The notes: generated by a model from the sequence alone, not told the origin. A DNA stretch of 32,000 nt from Longivirga aurantiaca (GCF_042660085.1 NZ_JBHSTI010000008.1:1719876-1751875); one strand, 5' to 3'. Shown: positions 15,660 through 24,272, counted from the stretch's first letter. Numbers and translations are program-made.

Positions 15660-17756
15660 CTACCCGAGCGCGACCGGGTCGACCCGGACCGAGACGGGCC
15701 CGCCCTCCTTGCGCGCGCTGCGGACCGACACCGCGGCCTTGAGCGCGGCCGCGAGCGCGGCGCCGCCGCCGTCGGTGCGCGGGGCCACGAGCAGGGCGCG
15801 CGAGCGAGGGTCGCCCTCGTCGGCCCGCCCGGGGCGCCTGGCCGGGCTGATCGGCACCGGGCCCAGCACCAGGGCGCCCTCGGGCAGGTGCAGGTGCCCG
15901 AGCAGGTCGTCGACGTCGCCGGGGGCGCCGACCGCCTCGGCGACGCGCCACGCGGGCGGGAGGTGGAGCAGCTCGCGCTCGGCCAGCTCGCGGGCGGCGA
16001 AGCCGGCCGGGTCGCTGCGCACGACCGCCTGCACGGGCGCGAGCGCGGGGTCGGCGACCAGCACGACGACACCGCCGTCGGCTGCGGGGCGCACCAGGCT
16101 CACCGCGGCTGTCCATCGGCGCACGGCCTCCTCGGCCGCCCGCAGGTCGGGCCGGTCGAGGGCGACCCTGCCGTCGAGCAGCAGCGCCGCGGCGTAGCCG
16201 CCGTCGGCCCGCGGCTCGGCGCCGGGCGTCGCGACCACGAGGGCCGGCCTGCTGCCCACCTGGTCGAGCACGCCCTTCCCCGACGGGTCTCGGCCCGAGG
16301 TGCGGACCGGCACGCCGGGGAATGCCCGGCCGAGCTCCTCCGCCGTACGCCGCTCCCCCACGGACACCGCGCGCAGCCTCGTGCCCCGGCACGAGTCGCA
16401 CGACCAGCCGCCGGCGAGCCGTCCGCACCAGCCGCACACGGGGACGGCGTGCCCGCTCGAGACGCCGAGCGGCCCGTGGCAGTGACCGCACCGGGCGAGC
16501 TGTCGGCAGGTCTGGCACGCGAGCGCCGGGACGTAGCCGCGGCGCGGCACCTGCACCAGGACCGGGCCGCGGGCCAGGGCCTCGCGCGCCGTCTCCCACG
16601 CGATGTGCGGCAGCCGCGCGGACTTCGCCGCCTCGTCCCGCGCGAGGTCGTCGTCGCCGACGGTGACCACGCGGGGCGCGCGGCGCCGCACCTCGGTGCG
16701 GGGGGCGACCACCTCGCGCGCCCACCCCTGCTCGACGAGGGCCTGGGCCTCGACCGAGCGTGAGGTGGATCCGAGGACGAGCGCCGCACCGGTGCTCGTG
16801 GCGCGCAGGGCGAGCACCTCGCGCGCGTGCCAGTAGGGCGCGTGCGGCTCGGCGAGGCTGTCGTCGCCGTCGTCCCAGAGCACGACCAGGCCGAGGTCGG
16901 CGACCGGCGCGAACACCGCGGCCCGGGTGCCGAGCACCACCGACACGTGTCCGCGGCGCACCTCCAGGAAGGCGCGGTAGCGCGCGGCGGGGCCGAGGTC
17001 GGCGGTGAGCGTGCGGAAGGCCTCGGCTCCGAGGCGCTCGGCGAGCGCGGCCTCGAGACGGGCGACGTCGCGGGCGTCCGGTGCCACGACCACGACGCCG
17101 CGACCGGCGCCGGCTGCGGCAGCCACCACATGGGCGATCTCCTGCACCGGGTCGGAGCCCGGCACCGCCGTCCAGACCGCGCGCGGCCCGGGCTGGCCGG
17201 CCGTGAAGGCGACCGACGGGTCGGCGACCCGACGGACGAGCGCGGGGCCGCCGGAGTAGGCGGCCCACGGGCCGGGGTCGTCAGGGGCGATCTGCTCGAC
17301 GAGCGGGCGGTCGGGAGTGCCCAGAGCGTCGATCGCAGCCTCGGTGGCGGCGTGCCGCGGGGGCACGGCCGAGCGCAGGACGTCGGCGAGCGAGCCCGCC
17401 CACCGGTCGGCCACGGCGCGGGCGAGGTCCGCAACCTCCGGCGCGAGCACCGGGTCGGGGCTCACGACCTTGGCGATGCGCTCGATCCGTCCTGTGTGGT
17501 CGCTGGCCGCGACCCGCTCGAGCACCCAGCCGTCGACGAGCTGCCCGGAGAACCGCACGCGCACCCGGGTGCCCGGCACCGCCTTCGCGGCGAGAGGCTC
17601 GGGCACGAGGTAGTCGAACGGGCGGTCGAGGTGCGGCAGCGCGACGTCGACGCACACCCGCGCGACCGGGTCGACCTCGGCCGGGCCGGGGGCGGTGCGC
17701 ACCCGTGCCGTGCGCACTGTGCTCGCCACGAGGGCGAGCTGCTCCGGCTCGGTCAC
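15660..17756 (-). CDS. priA: Primosomal protein N' / replication restart protein PriA, actinobacterial type with degenerate helicase motifs
   Basis: Colinear with E. coli PriA, including the Cys-rich zinc region CQTCRQLARCGHCHGPLGV...CGWCG...CDSCRG. Walker A is AVPGSDPVQE (not GSGKT) and Walker B is LWDDGDDS (not DEEHD). Confidence 0.9.
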   Translation of the reverse strand: MTEPEQLALVASTVRTARVRTAPGPAEVDPVARVCVDVALPHLDRPFDYLVPEPLAAKAVPGTRVRVRFSGQLVDGWVLERVAASDHTGRIERIAKVVSPDPVLAPEVADLARAVADRWAGSLADVLRSAVPPRHAATEAAIDALGTPDRPLVEQIAPDDPGPWAAYSGGPALVRRVADPSVAFTAGQPGPRAVWTAVPGSDPVQEIAHVVAAAAGAGRGVVVVAPDARDVARLEAALAERLGAEAFRTLTADLGPAARYRAFLEVRRGHVSVVLGTRAAVFAPVADLGLVVLWDDGDDSLAEPHAPYWHAREVLALRATSTGAALVLGSTSRSVEAQALVEQGWAREVVAPRTEVRRRAPRVVTVGDDDLARDEAAKSARLPHIAWETAREALARGPVLVQVPRRGYVPALACQTCRQLARCGHCHGPLGVSSGHAVPVCGWCGRLAGGWSCDSCRGTRLRAVSVGERRTAEELGRAFPGVPVRTSGRDPSGKGVLDQVGSRPALVVATPGAEPRADGGYAAALLLDGRVALDRPDLRAAEEAVRRWTAAVSLVRPAADGGVVVLVADPALAPVQAVVRSDPAGFAARELAERELLHLPPAWRVAEAVGAPGDVDDLLGHLHLPEGALVLGPVPISPARRPGRADEGDPRSRALLVAPRTDGGGAALAAALKAAVSVRSARKEGGPVSVRVDPVALG

Positions 17757-18352
17757 GGGGACGTTCTACCGGACGCCTCTGTCCGCGCGCGCCAGGCGTC
17801 CACCTCCAGCCGGTAGAGGACGTGCTGCGCCCACCAGTCGGAGCGCTCCGCGCCTGGGTGGGTGAAGACGCCGTCGTACCGCAGGCCGAGCTTCTGCATG
17901 ACGCGCTGCGAGGCGAGGTTGGGCGGCACCGTGAACGACACGACCTCGGTGAGGCCGAGGTCGCCGAACCCCTGCCGGAGCACCTCGCGAGCTCCCTCGG
18001 TGGCGAGGCCGAGGCCCCACCAGGGGCGCGCGAGCCGCCAGCCGATCTCCACGCACGGGTCGGTCGCGGCGAACGGGGGCTCGAAGCGCGGCACTGCCAG
18101 GCCCACGAAGCCGACGAAGGGTGCAGGCCCGCGCTCGGACGCCAGCACCTCGACCGCCCAGAGCCCGAAGCCACGGTCGGCCCAGTGGGTCTCGATGCGC
18201 CCGACCATGGCGTCCGACCCCTCGCGGTCGAGCGCGGACGGGAACCAGCGCATCACCTCGGGGTCGGCGTTCATCGCCGCGAACGGCTCGAGGTCGGTGG
18301 TGCGCCAGCGCCGCAACGACAACCGGGGTGTCCGCAGACCGTCGTCAGTCAT
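17753..18352 (-). CDS. GNAT-family N-acetyltransferase (RimJ/RimL-like)
   Basis: RLSLRRWRTTDLEPFAAMNADPEVMRWF...GWRLARPWWGLGLATEGAREVL...NLASQRVMQKLGL. Its stop overlaps the priA GTG start (GTGA). Confidence 0.85.
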   Translation of the reverse strand: MTDDGLRTPRLSLRRWRTTDLEPFAAMNADPEVMRWFPSALDREGSDAMVGRIETHWADRGFGLWAVEVLASERGPAPFVGFVGLAVPRFEPPFAATDPCVEIGWRLARPWWGLGLATEGAREVLRQGFGDLGLTEVVSFTVPPNLASQRVMQKLGLRYDGVFTHPGAERSDWWAQHVLYRLEVDAWRARTEASGRTSP

Positions 18353-18380
18353 GCGGGCACCCCGGTGGTGTCGTGCGCGG

Positions 18381-19577
18381 TCAGATGCCGGCTGCGGCCT
18401 TGAGCGCGTCGGCGCGGTCGGTGCGCTCCCACGAGAAGTCCGGCAGCTCGCGGCCGAAGTGGCCGTACGCCGCGGTCGGCGCGTAGATCGGGCGCAGGAG
18501 GTCGAGGTCGCGGATGATCGCGGCCGGACGGAGGTCGAACACCTCGAGCACGGCTGCCTGGATGTCGCTGTCGGCCTTCACCCCGGTGCCGAAGGTCTCC
18601 ACGAACACGCCGACCGGGTGCGCCTTGCCGATCGCGTACGCGACCTGCACCTCGCAACGGCGGGCGAGCCCGGCGGCCACGACGTTCTTCGCGACCCAGC
18701 GCATCGCGTACGCCGCCGAACGGTCGACCTTGCTCGGGTCCTTGCCGGAGAACGCGCCGCCGCCGTGACGGGCCATGCCGCCGTAGGTGTCGACGATGAT
18801 CTTGCGGCCGGTGAGGCCGGCGTCGCCCATCGGGCCGCCGATCTCGAAGCGGCCGGTCGGGTTGACGAGCAGGCGGTAGCCCTCGGTGTCGATGCCGAGG
18901 CCCTCGAGCTCGGGCGCGACGACGAGCTCGGCGATGTCCGGGGTCAGCAGCGTGGCGAGGTCGATGTCGGCCGCGTGCTGCGACGACACGACGACGGTGT
19001 CGAGACGGACCGCCTTGTCGTCCTCGTCGTACTCGATAGTGACCTGGGTCTTGCCGTCCGGGCGGAGGTACGGGATCGCGCCGTCCTTGCGGACCTGCGA
19101 GAGGCGCTGGGCCAGGCGGTGCGCGAGGTGGATCGGGAGGGGCATGAGCTCGGGCGTGTCGTCGCACGCGTAGCCGAACATCAGGCCCTGGTCGCCCGCG
19201 CCCTGCTTGTCGAGGTCGTCGGTGGCGGTGCCCTCGCGGTCCTCGATCGCGTCGTCGACGCCCTGCGCGATGTCGGGGCTCTGCGCGCCGATCGCCACGT
19301 TGACGCCGCACGAGGCGCCGTCGAAGCCCTTCTTGCTGGAGTCGTAGCCGATCTCGAGGATCCGCTCGCGCACGATGGTCGGGATGTCGACCCAGCCGGT
19401 GGTGGTCACCTCGCCTGCGACGTGCACCTGGCCCGTGGTGATGAGGGTCTCCACGGCGACACGGCTGCGGGGGTCCTCCTTCAGCATCGCGTCGAGGATC
19501 GAGTCGCTGATCTGGTCAGCGATCTTGTCCGGGTGTCCCTCGGTGACGGACTCGGACGTGAACAGGCGACGGGCCAC
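18381..19577 (-). CDS. metK: S-adenosylmethionine synthase
   Basis: [21 protein letters not shown]...[12 protein letters not shown]...[19 protein letters not shown]; GTG start. Confidence 0.98.
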   Translation of the reverse strand: MARRLFTSESVTEGHPDKIADQISDSILDAMLKEDPRSRVAVETLITTGQVHVAGEVTTTGWVDIPTIVRERILEIGYDSSKKGFDGASCGVNVAIGAQSPDIAQGVDDAIEDREGTATDDLDKQGAGDQGLMFGYACDDTPELMPLPIHLAHRLAQRLSQVRKDGAIPYLRPDGKTQVTIEYDEDDKAVRLDTVVVSSQHAADIDLATLLTPDIAELVVAPELEGLGIDTEGYRLLVNPTGRFEIGGPMGDAGLTGRKIIVDTYGGMARHGGGAFSGKDPSKVDRSAAYAMRWVAKNVVAAGLARRCEVQVAYAIGKAHPVGVFVETFGTGVKADSDIQAAVLEVFDLRPAAIIRDLDLLRPIYAPTAAYGHFGRELPDFSWERTDRADALKAAAGI

Positions 19578-19618
19578 GGCTCGTGCTCCAGTGCGGGTGC
19601 GGAGGATCGGTCGGCGAC

Positions 19619-19624
19619 ACCCTA
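19619..19624 (-). promoter_or_regulatory. Candidate -10 box TAGGGT upstream of metK
   Basis: TANNNT-type hexamer about 40 nt upstream of the metK GTG, in the 114-nt coaBC-metK spacer. No convincing -35 element. Confidence 0.25.
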
Positions 19625-19691
19625 TCTGCCCCGCCGACGCCGCCGAGACGCGCGACGCCGGGCAGGAGCCAGTGGCGGCGACGCCGTCCGC

Positions 19692-20942
19692 TCAGGGGTG
19701 CAGCAACGGGACGACGGAATCCCAGACGGCCTCGGCGACGGCGCGCTTGGAGCCCTCGGGCACCTCGATGAACGAGCCGTCGGCGCCGAGCACCACGACC
19801 TCGTTGTGGTCGACCTCGAAGGCCTTGCCGTCGCCGACCTCGTTGACCACGAGGAGGTCGCAGCCCTTGCGCGCGAGCTTGGCCCGCCCGTGGTCGAGGA
19901 CCGATCCGCTGGCGTCGCCGGTCTCTGCCGCGAATCCGACGACGACCTGACGCCGCCCCTCGGCAGCACGCGCGGCGACGACCTCGGCGAGCACATCGGC
20001 GGTGCGCTCGAGGGCGATCGGGTCGGGCACTCCGCCCGCGTCGTCCTTCTTGATCTTGTGGCTCGCGACGGCCACCGGACGGAAGTCGGCCACGGCCGCT
20101 GCCATCACCACGACATCGGCGCCGGGTGCGTGCTGGAGGACGGCGCGGCGCAGGTCCTCGGCGCTCGTGACGCGCACGACGGTGGCGCCGGCGGGGTCGG
20201 GCAGGGCGACGTTGGCGCTCACCAGGACCACGCGCGCGCCCCGCGCGGCGGCGACCTCGGCGAGGGCGTACCCCTGCTTGCCGCTGCTGCGGTTGCCGAG
20301 GAAGCGGACGGGGTCGAGGTGCTCGCGGGTGCCGCCCGCAGACACCACCACCGTGCGGCCGAGCAGGTCGGGCTCCTCGCCCCGGCGGCGCAGGACGTCG
20401 AGGCAGGCCTCGAAGATCGCGCCGGGCTCGGGCAGCCGGCCGGGGCCGGTGTCCTTGCCGGTGAGGCGGCCGACGGCGGGGTCCAGCACGATCACGCCGC
20501 GGGCGCGCAGGGCCGCGACGTTGGCTCGGGTGGCCGCGTGCTCCCACATCTCGGTGTGCATCGCGGGGACCATCACGACCGGGCAGTGCGCGGTGAGCAG
20601 CACGTTGGCGAGCAGGTCGTCGGCGAGACCGGCGGCCGCGCGCGCGAGCAGGTCGGCGGTGGCGGGGGCGACGACGACGAGGTCGGCCTGCTGCCCGAGC
20701 CGCACGTGCGGCACCTCGGTGATGTCGTCCCACACCTCGGCCGACACCGGCTTGCCCGAGAGCGCCTCCCAGGTGGCCGCACCGACGAACTTCAGCGCCG
20801 CGCGGGTGGGCACCACCGTGACGTCGTGGCCGCTCTCGGTGAAGGCGCGGAGCAGCTCGGCCGCCTTGTACGCAGCGATGCCGCCGCCCACGCCCAGGAC
20901 CACGCGGGGTCGGGCAGGGGCGGCGGCATCGAGAGTCGTCAC
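19692..20942 (-). CDS. coaBC: Bifunctional phosphopantothenoylcysteine decarboxylase / phosphopantothenate-cysteine ligase
   Basis: Inside track ORF 19692..21422. Start is GTG 20942 (VTTLDAAAPARPRVVLGVGGGIAAYKA...) or GTG 20948. Motifs PAMHTEMW, SAGGTREHLDPVRFLGNRSSGKQG, AAAVADFRP. Confidence 0.93.
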   Translation of the reverse strand: MTTLDAAAPARPRVVLGVGGGIAAYKAAELLRAFTESGHDVTVVPTRAALKFVGAATWEALSGKPVSAEVWDDITEVPHVRLGQQADLVVVAPATADLLARAAAGLADDLLANVLLTAHCPVVMVPAMHTEMWEHAATRANVAALRARGVIVLDPAVGRLTGKDTGPGRLPEPGAIFEACLDVLRRRGEEPDLLGRTVVVSAGGTREHLDPVRFLGNRSSGKQGYALAEVAAARGARVVLVSANVALPDPAGATVVRVTSAEDLRRAVLQHAPGADVVVMAAAVADFRPVAVASHKIKKDDAGGVPDPIALERTADVLAEVVAARAAEGRRQVVVGFAAETGDASGSVLDHGRAKLARKGCDLLVVNEVGDGKAFEVDHNEVVVLGADGSFIEVPEGSKRAVAEAVWDSVVPLLHP

Positions 20943-21006
20943 GGGCACAGCCTGCCAGCAGGCGGTACCGCGGCGCGTGCGGCCGGGCGGTTCGGTCGGG
21001 CCAGGA

Positions 21007-21306
21007 TCAGAAGGTCGCGGCCGGCTCCGGGGCCGGCTCGGCCTCGGGGTCGTACGGCTCGGCGGTGAGCAGTCCGGCGTTGATCTCGCGGAGCGCGATC
21101 GACAGCGGCTTCTCCTGCACGTGGGTCTCCACGAGCGGGCCGACGTACTCGAGCAGGCCCTCGCCCAGCTGGGAGTAGTAGGCGTTGATCTGGCGCGCGC
21201 GCTTGGACGCGTACAGCACCAGCGAGTACTTCGAGTCGGTGGCCTCGAGGAGCTCGTCGATCGGCGGGTTGGTGATGCCCTCGGGGGCAGAGGCGGTGCC
21301 GGACAC
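21007..21306 (-). CDS. rpoZ: DNA-directed RNA polymerase subunit omega
   Basis: [35 protein letters not shown]...; GTG start. Confidence 0.95.
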   Translation of the reverse strand: MSGTASAPEGITNPPIDELLEATDSKYSLVLYASKRARQINAYYSQLGEGLLEYVGPLVETHVQEKPLSIALREINAGLLTAEPYDPEAEPAPEPAATF

Positions 21307-21399
21307 GCGGGCGCCTTTCCTTCGGTACTGCGGGACGGAGCGCGCGCCGGGGTGCCGACGCGCACGTGGAACGGGCCTTCGAGAGGGCGTTCGCCCTGG

Positions 21400-21978
21400 T
21401 CAGGAGCCTGCGGCCGGGTCACCCGGGGCGTGCAGACCCATCAAGTCTAGCAAGGACGCGACCGCACCCTCGACCGACGCGTTCACGACGGTCGCGTCGA
21501 ACTCCGACTCGGCCGCCAGCTCGACCTTCGCGGTCTCCAGCCGACGGGCGATGACCTCGGCAGGCTCGGTGCCGCGCCCGACCAGCCGGCGCACCAGCTC
21601 GTCCCAGGACGGGGGCGCCAGGAACACCAGCAGGGCCTCGGGCATCGAGGCCCGGACCTGGCGCGCGCCCTGCAGCTCGATCTCCAGGAGGACGGCCACG
21701 CCGGCCTCGAGCCGCTCGATCACCGGGCGCCGGGGCGTGCCGTAGAAGTTGCCCGCGAACTCGGCGTACTCGAGGAGCTCGCCGTGCTCGACCATCCGCG
21801 CGAACTCGGCGTGATCGACGAAGAAGTAGTTGACCCCGTGCGTCTCCCCCGGCCGCGGGCGGCGGGTGGTGGCGGACACCGACAGCCAGACGTCGGGCCG
21901 CGCGGCGCGCAGGCCCTGGACGACCGTGCTCTTGCCGACCCCGGACGGGCCCGACAGGACGGTGAGCCGTGCGGTCAG
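21400..21978 (-). CDS. gmk: Guanylate kinase; the N-terminus requires a non-canonical start (CTG 21978..21976 proposed)
   Basis: The track ORF starts at GTG 21879, downstream of the P-loop. The same frame stays open upstream and encodes (L)[38 protein letters not shown]. No ATG, GTG or TTG is available in frame upstream. The CTG overlaps the mihF TGA (CTGA). Confidence 0.85.
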   Translation of the reverse strand: MTARLTVLSGPSGVGKSTVVQGLRAARPDVWLSVSATTRRPRPGETHGVNYFFVDHAEFARMVEHGELLEYAEFAGNFYGTPRRPVIERLEAGVAVLLEIELQGARQVRASMPEALLVFLAPPSWDELVRRLVGRGTEPAEVIARRLETAKVELAAESEFDATVVNASVEGAVASLLDLMGLHAPGDPAAGS

Positions 21979-22289
21979 GAGGAGAACTCCTTCTCCAGGG
22001 CCGCGATCTGGTGCGTGCCGAGGCCGCGAACCCGGCGGTTCTCGGCGATCTGCAGCCGCTCCATGATCTCGGCGGCGCGCACCTTGCCGACGCCGGGCAT
22101 GGACTCGAGCAGCGCCGAGACCTTCATCTTCCCGATGATGTCGTCGGTCTGCCCGGCGGCGATGACCTCGCCGATCGAGGCGCCCGAGCGCTTGAGGCGG
22201 TTCTTCACCTCGGCACGCACACGGCGCGCCTCGGCCGCCTTCTCCAGCGCGGCGGCGCGCTGCTCAGGGGTCAGGGGCGGAAGGGCCAC
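21975..22289 (-). CDS. mihF: Actinobacterial integration host factor mIHF
   Basis: [33 protein letters not shown]...[24 protein letters not shown]; GTG start with GAGAGGA Shine-Dalgarno. Confidence 0.93.
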   Translation of the reverse strand: MALPPLTPEQRAAALEKAAEARRVRAEVKNRLKRSGASIGEVIAAGQTDDIIGKMKVSALLESMPGVGKVRAAEIMERLQIAENRRVRGLGTHQIAALEKEFSS

Positions 22290-22317
22290 AGCCGTCCTCT
22301 CGTCGGGAACGAAGGTG

Positions 22318-22347
22318 ACCCTAGCGATCTTCGAGCCCTGTGGTGAA
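22318..22347 (-). promoter_or_regulatory. Candidate mihF promoter (TTCACC - 18 nt - TAGGGT)
   Basis: On the minus strand, the -10 is at 22323..22318 and the -35-like hexamer at 22347..22342, about 30 nt upstream of the GTG. Pattern match only. Confidence 0.35.
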
Positions 22348-22398
22348 GCGAACGGGGCCGGGCGTGAGGTGAGGCCGTCCGGACGGCGTCACCGCAGG

Positions 22399-22671
22399 TC
22401 AGGGCATCGTGTCGGGCTGAACGTCGAACTCGACGGTGCCGGGCATCTCGAGCTGCTGCGCTCGCAGCCCCACGCGGTAGGTGGCGGTCGCAGGCCCGAT
22501 CGCCAACGGCTCGGTCGTGAGCGGCTCGGCCAGGAGCAGGACCTGCTGGGTGGCGAGGTCGACGGCCTGCCCCTGCACGAACGGGGTGATGCTCGAGCAG
22601 ATGTCGCCGTAGCCGCTGGCGCCGGTGACGAGGGCCGAACCGATGCGGCCGTTGCCCGCGAGGTCGCACAC
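22399..22671 (-). CDS. Small hypothetical protein (~90 aa); possibly an orphan or a truncated remnant
   Basis: This is the C-terminal part of track ORF 22399..22959. Only 4 of 90 sense codons end in A/T, and the composition looks natural (VCDLAGNGRIGSALVTGASGYGDICSSITPFVQGQAVDLATQQVLLLAEPL...). The first usable start, GTG 22671, has a poor Shine-Dalgarno sequence and follows a terminator hairpin. Confidence 0.5.
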   Translation of the reverse strand: MCDLAGNGRIGSALVTGASGYGDICSSITPFVQGQAVDLATQQVLLLAEPLTTEPLAIGPATATYRVGLRAQQLEMPGTVEFDVQPDTMP

Positions 22672-22700
22672 CGGCCACCCATGCCATCCCCCGCGATGCC

Positions 22701-22734
22701 GGCCGCAGGGCCCCGCGCTCGGAGCCCTGCGGCC
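22701..22734 (-). terminator. Hairpin terminator after the secreted-protein gene (11-bp perfect stem, 12-nt loop)
   Basis: ggccgcagggc / cccgcgctcgga / gccctgcggcc, 9 nt downstream of the TAA at 22745..22743. Confidence 0.55.
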
Positions 22735-22742
22735 AGAATGCC

Positions 22743-23294
22743 TTACGCGGACAAGGGAATGCGGCTGATCGTGAAGGTCGACGCGGCCGGGTGGCTGTCG
22801 GAGTCGCCGAGGTGGATCCTCATCGGGTCGATGGGCCTGCCGTTGACGGTGAGGGTGAAGGTCACGCGCTCGGAGCAGCGCGGCGTGAAGTCGAGCCCGT
22901 CGATGCCGCCGTAGTTGACGAGCGTGAACGCGGTGGTCTTGCGGTCGGCGCTGCGCCACACGCGGTCACGTGCCTCGTTGCGGACGCCGATGACGGTCGT
23001 CTGCGCCGAGGTGCGGATGGTGCCGGCGTACACGGCGCGCGTGCCGGGCTTGTGCGTCACCCGCAGGTGCCAGCCGTTGGAGTCCTTCCAGATCCAGTAG
23101 CCGCTCGAGAGACCGGCCGTGAAGTCGGCCGGGCGGCCGGTGATCTCGTCGGGCAGCGTGCCGGTGGCGCATCCCGTGGTCGTGGTGGGCGTGGTGGTGG
23201 ACGCCTGCGCGGCCGGCGTCGCGACGACGGCGAGCGACGTGCCGAGCGCGAGCGCGCCCAGCACGGCGGTGGTGCGGCGGACGATGGTGGTCAT
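22743..23294 (-). CDS. Secreted hypothetical protein (Sec signal peptide, Thr-rich linker, two Cys)
   Basis: MTTIVRRTTAVLGALALGTSLAVVATPAAQA|STTTPTTTTGCATG... The mature part looks beta-rich (WIWKDSNGWHLRVTHKPG..., TFTLTVNGRPIDPMRIHLG). AAGGGGG Shine-Dalgarno. I recognise no family. Confidence 0.8.
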   Translation of the reverse strand: MTTIVRRTTAVLGALALGTSLAVVATPAAQASTTTPTTTTGCATGTLPDEITGRPADFTAGLSSGYWIWKDSNGWHLRVTHKPGTRAVYAGTIRTSAQTTVIGVRNEARDRVWRSADRKTTAFTLVNYGGIDGLDFTPRCSERVTFTLTVNGRPIDPMRIHLGDSDSHPAASTFTISRIPLSA

Positions 23295-23406
23295 GGTGCC
23301 CCCTTGCTGTGCGGTCGGGTCCCTCCCGGCCTGACGCGAGGACTCTCGACCGCGGAGGTTGTGGGGGCGTGGGCGTCGTGTCAGAGGCGTGTAAGGGCTA
23401 CGCCGG

Positions 23407-23610
23407 TCACATGCCGATCGCGGCGGGGGTGATGTCGAGGCTCACGCTGCTCACGATCAGCCAGGCGATACCAGCGGCGAGGCCGGCACCGAGAAGCGCC
23501 GCGAGCAGCGGCAGGACGAGGTACCCGCGCCCCCGAAGGACGACCGTCGTCCCGGTGGTCGGTGTGGGGACGACGTGCTCGGTGGTCCTGTCGGTGGTCG
23601 GTGTGCTCAT
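23407..23610 (-). CDS. Small single-pass membrane protein (67 aa), hypothetical
   Basis: Track ORF 23407..23679 trimmed to ATG 23610, with GGGGAGA 6 nt upstream. MSTPTTDRTTEHVVPTPTTGTTVVLRGRGYLVLPLLAALLGAGLAAGIAWLIV... Confidence 0.6.
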   Translation of the reverse strand: MSTPTTDRTTEHVVPTPTTGTTVVLRGRGYLVLPLLAALLGAGLAAGIAWLIVSSVSLDITPAAIGM

Positions 23611-23761
23611 GGCGGGTCTCCCCTGAACGGGGCCGCACCCGGTCGGCGCGGCTCGCTCCCCCGACAGTCGCCGGGTCATGTTGCGCGCACGTGGTCAGCA
23701 CGTTCGGGGGCGGTAAACCCCGCGTGGCACACGGGTGACGAGGACCACTAGCGTCCGGCTC

Positions 23762-24262
23762 ATGAGCCACGAGATACGGCGCGCGACCCACGGCGACGTG
23801 CCCTCGCTCGCGGCAGTCCTCCTCGGGGTGGTGCGTGGTGGCGCGAGCGTCGGCTTCATGGCCGACGTGACCCCGGCCGACGCCGAGCAGTTCTGGTCGG
23901 CGCACCTGGCCAACCCGTCCAACGTCGTGCTCGTCGCGACCGACGGACGCGCGGTGATCGGTACCGGCACCCTGGCGCTGGCGGGGCTTCCGAACGGCCG
24001 GCACCGGGCCGAGGTCGCCAAGCTGCTGGTGCGGCCGGACGCGCAGGGCCACGGCGTCGGGCGCGAGCTGCTCGCGGCGCTCGAGGCCGAGGCGCGGTCG
24101 CACGGACGGCGCACCCTCGTGCTCGACACGGTGACCGGGTCGCCCGCGCAGCGGCTCTACGAGAGCGCAGGCTGGACCGTGGTGGGCGTGATCGACGACT
24201 ACGCCGACCTGCCCGACGGCACGCCCTCGCCAACGACGTACCTCACCAAGCGCCTCGTCTGA
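23762..24262 (+). CDS. GNAT-family N-acetyltransferase
   Basis: Track ORF 23735..24262. Likely start is ATG 23762 (MSHEIRRATHGDVPSL...), with GTG 23735 as the alternative. Acetyl-CoA motif LLVRPDAQGHGVGRELLAALEAEAR. Confidence 0.85.
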   Translation: MSHEIRRATHGDVPSLAAVLLGVVRGGASVGFMADVTPADAEQFWSAHLANPSNVVLVATDGRAVIGTGTLALAGLPNGRHRAEVAKLLVRPDAQGHGVGRELLAALEAEARSHGRRTLVLDTVTGSPAQRLYESAGWTVVGVIDDYADLPDGTPSPTTYLTKRLV

Positions 24263-24272
24263 TGGCGGACTT

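Noticed and set aside
19578-19691. Possible SAM riboswitch or other leader RNA upstream of metK
   Set aside because: The spacer is only 114 nt, and I could not recognise any SAM-I, SAM-II or SAM-IV core or a convincing multi-helix fold. Only a TAGGGT -10-like hexamer is visible.
21400-21879. GTG 21879 as the gmk start (as in the ORF track)
   Set aside because: It would remove the [10 protein letters not shown]-loop, which is clearly encoded in the same frame just upstream.
22271-22687. Alternative frames over the small-ORF region (138 aa at 22271..22687; 97 aa at 22389..22682)
   Set aside because: Their products are Arg/Pro/His-rich nonsense. The 22271..22687 ORF also overlaps the mihF 5' end (22271..22289) and its promoter region. 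The third frame (22399..22671) has the coding-like GC3 pattern.
23687-23705. Imperfect palindrome GCACGTGgtcagCACGTTC in the divergent region between the 67-aa membrane protein gene and the GNAT gene
   Set aside because: The arms are only 5-6 bp with one mismatch, and there is no second copy in the window. It could be an operator but is not distinguishable from chance.
23407-24262. GNAT plus adjacent small protein as a GNAT-type toxin-antitoxin pair
   Set aside because: The genes are divergent rather than co-transcribed. The small protein is a predicted single-pass membrane protein, not an RHH- or HTH-type antitoxin. The GNAT shows no feature distinguishing it from ordinary acetyltransferases.
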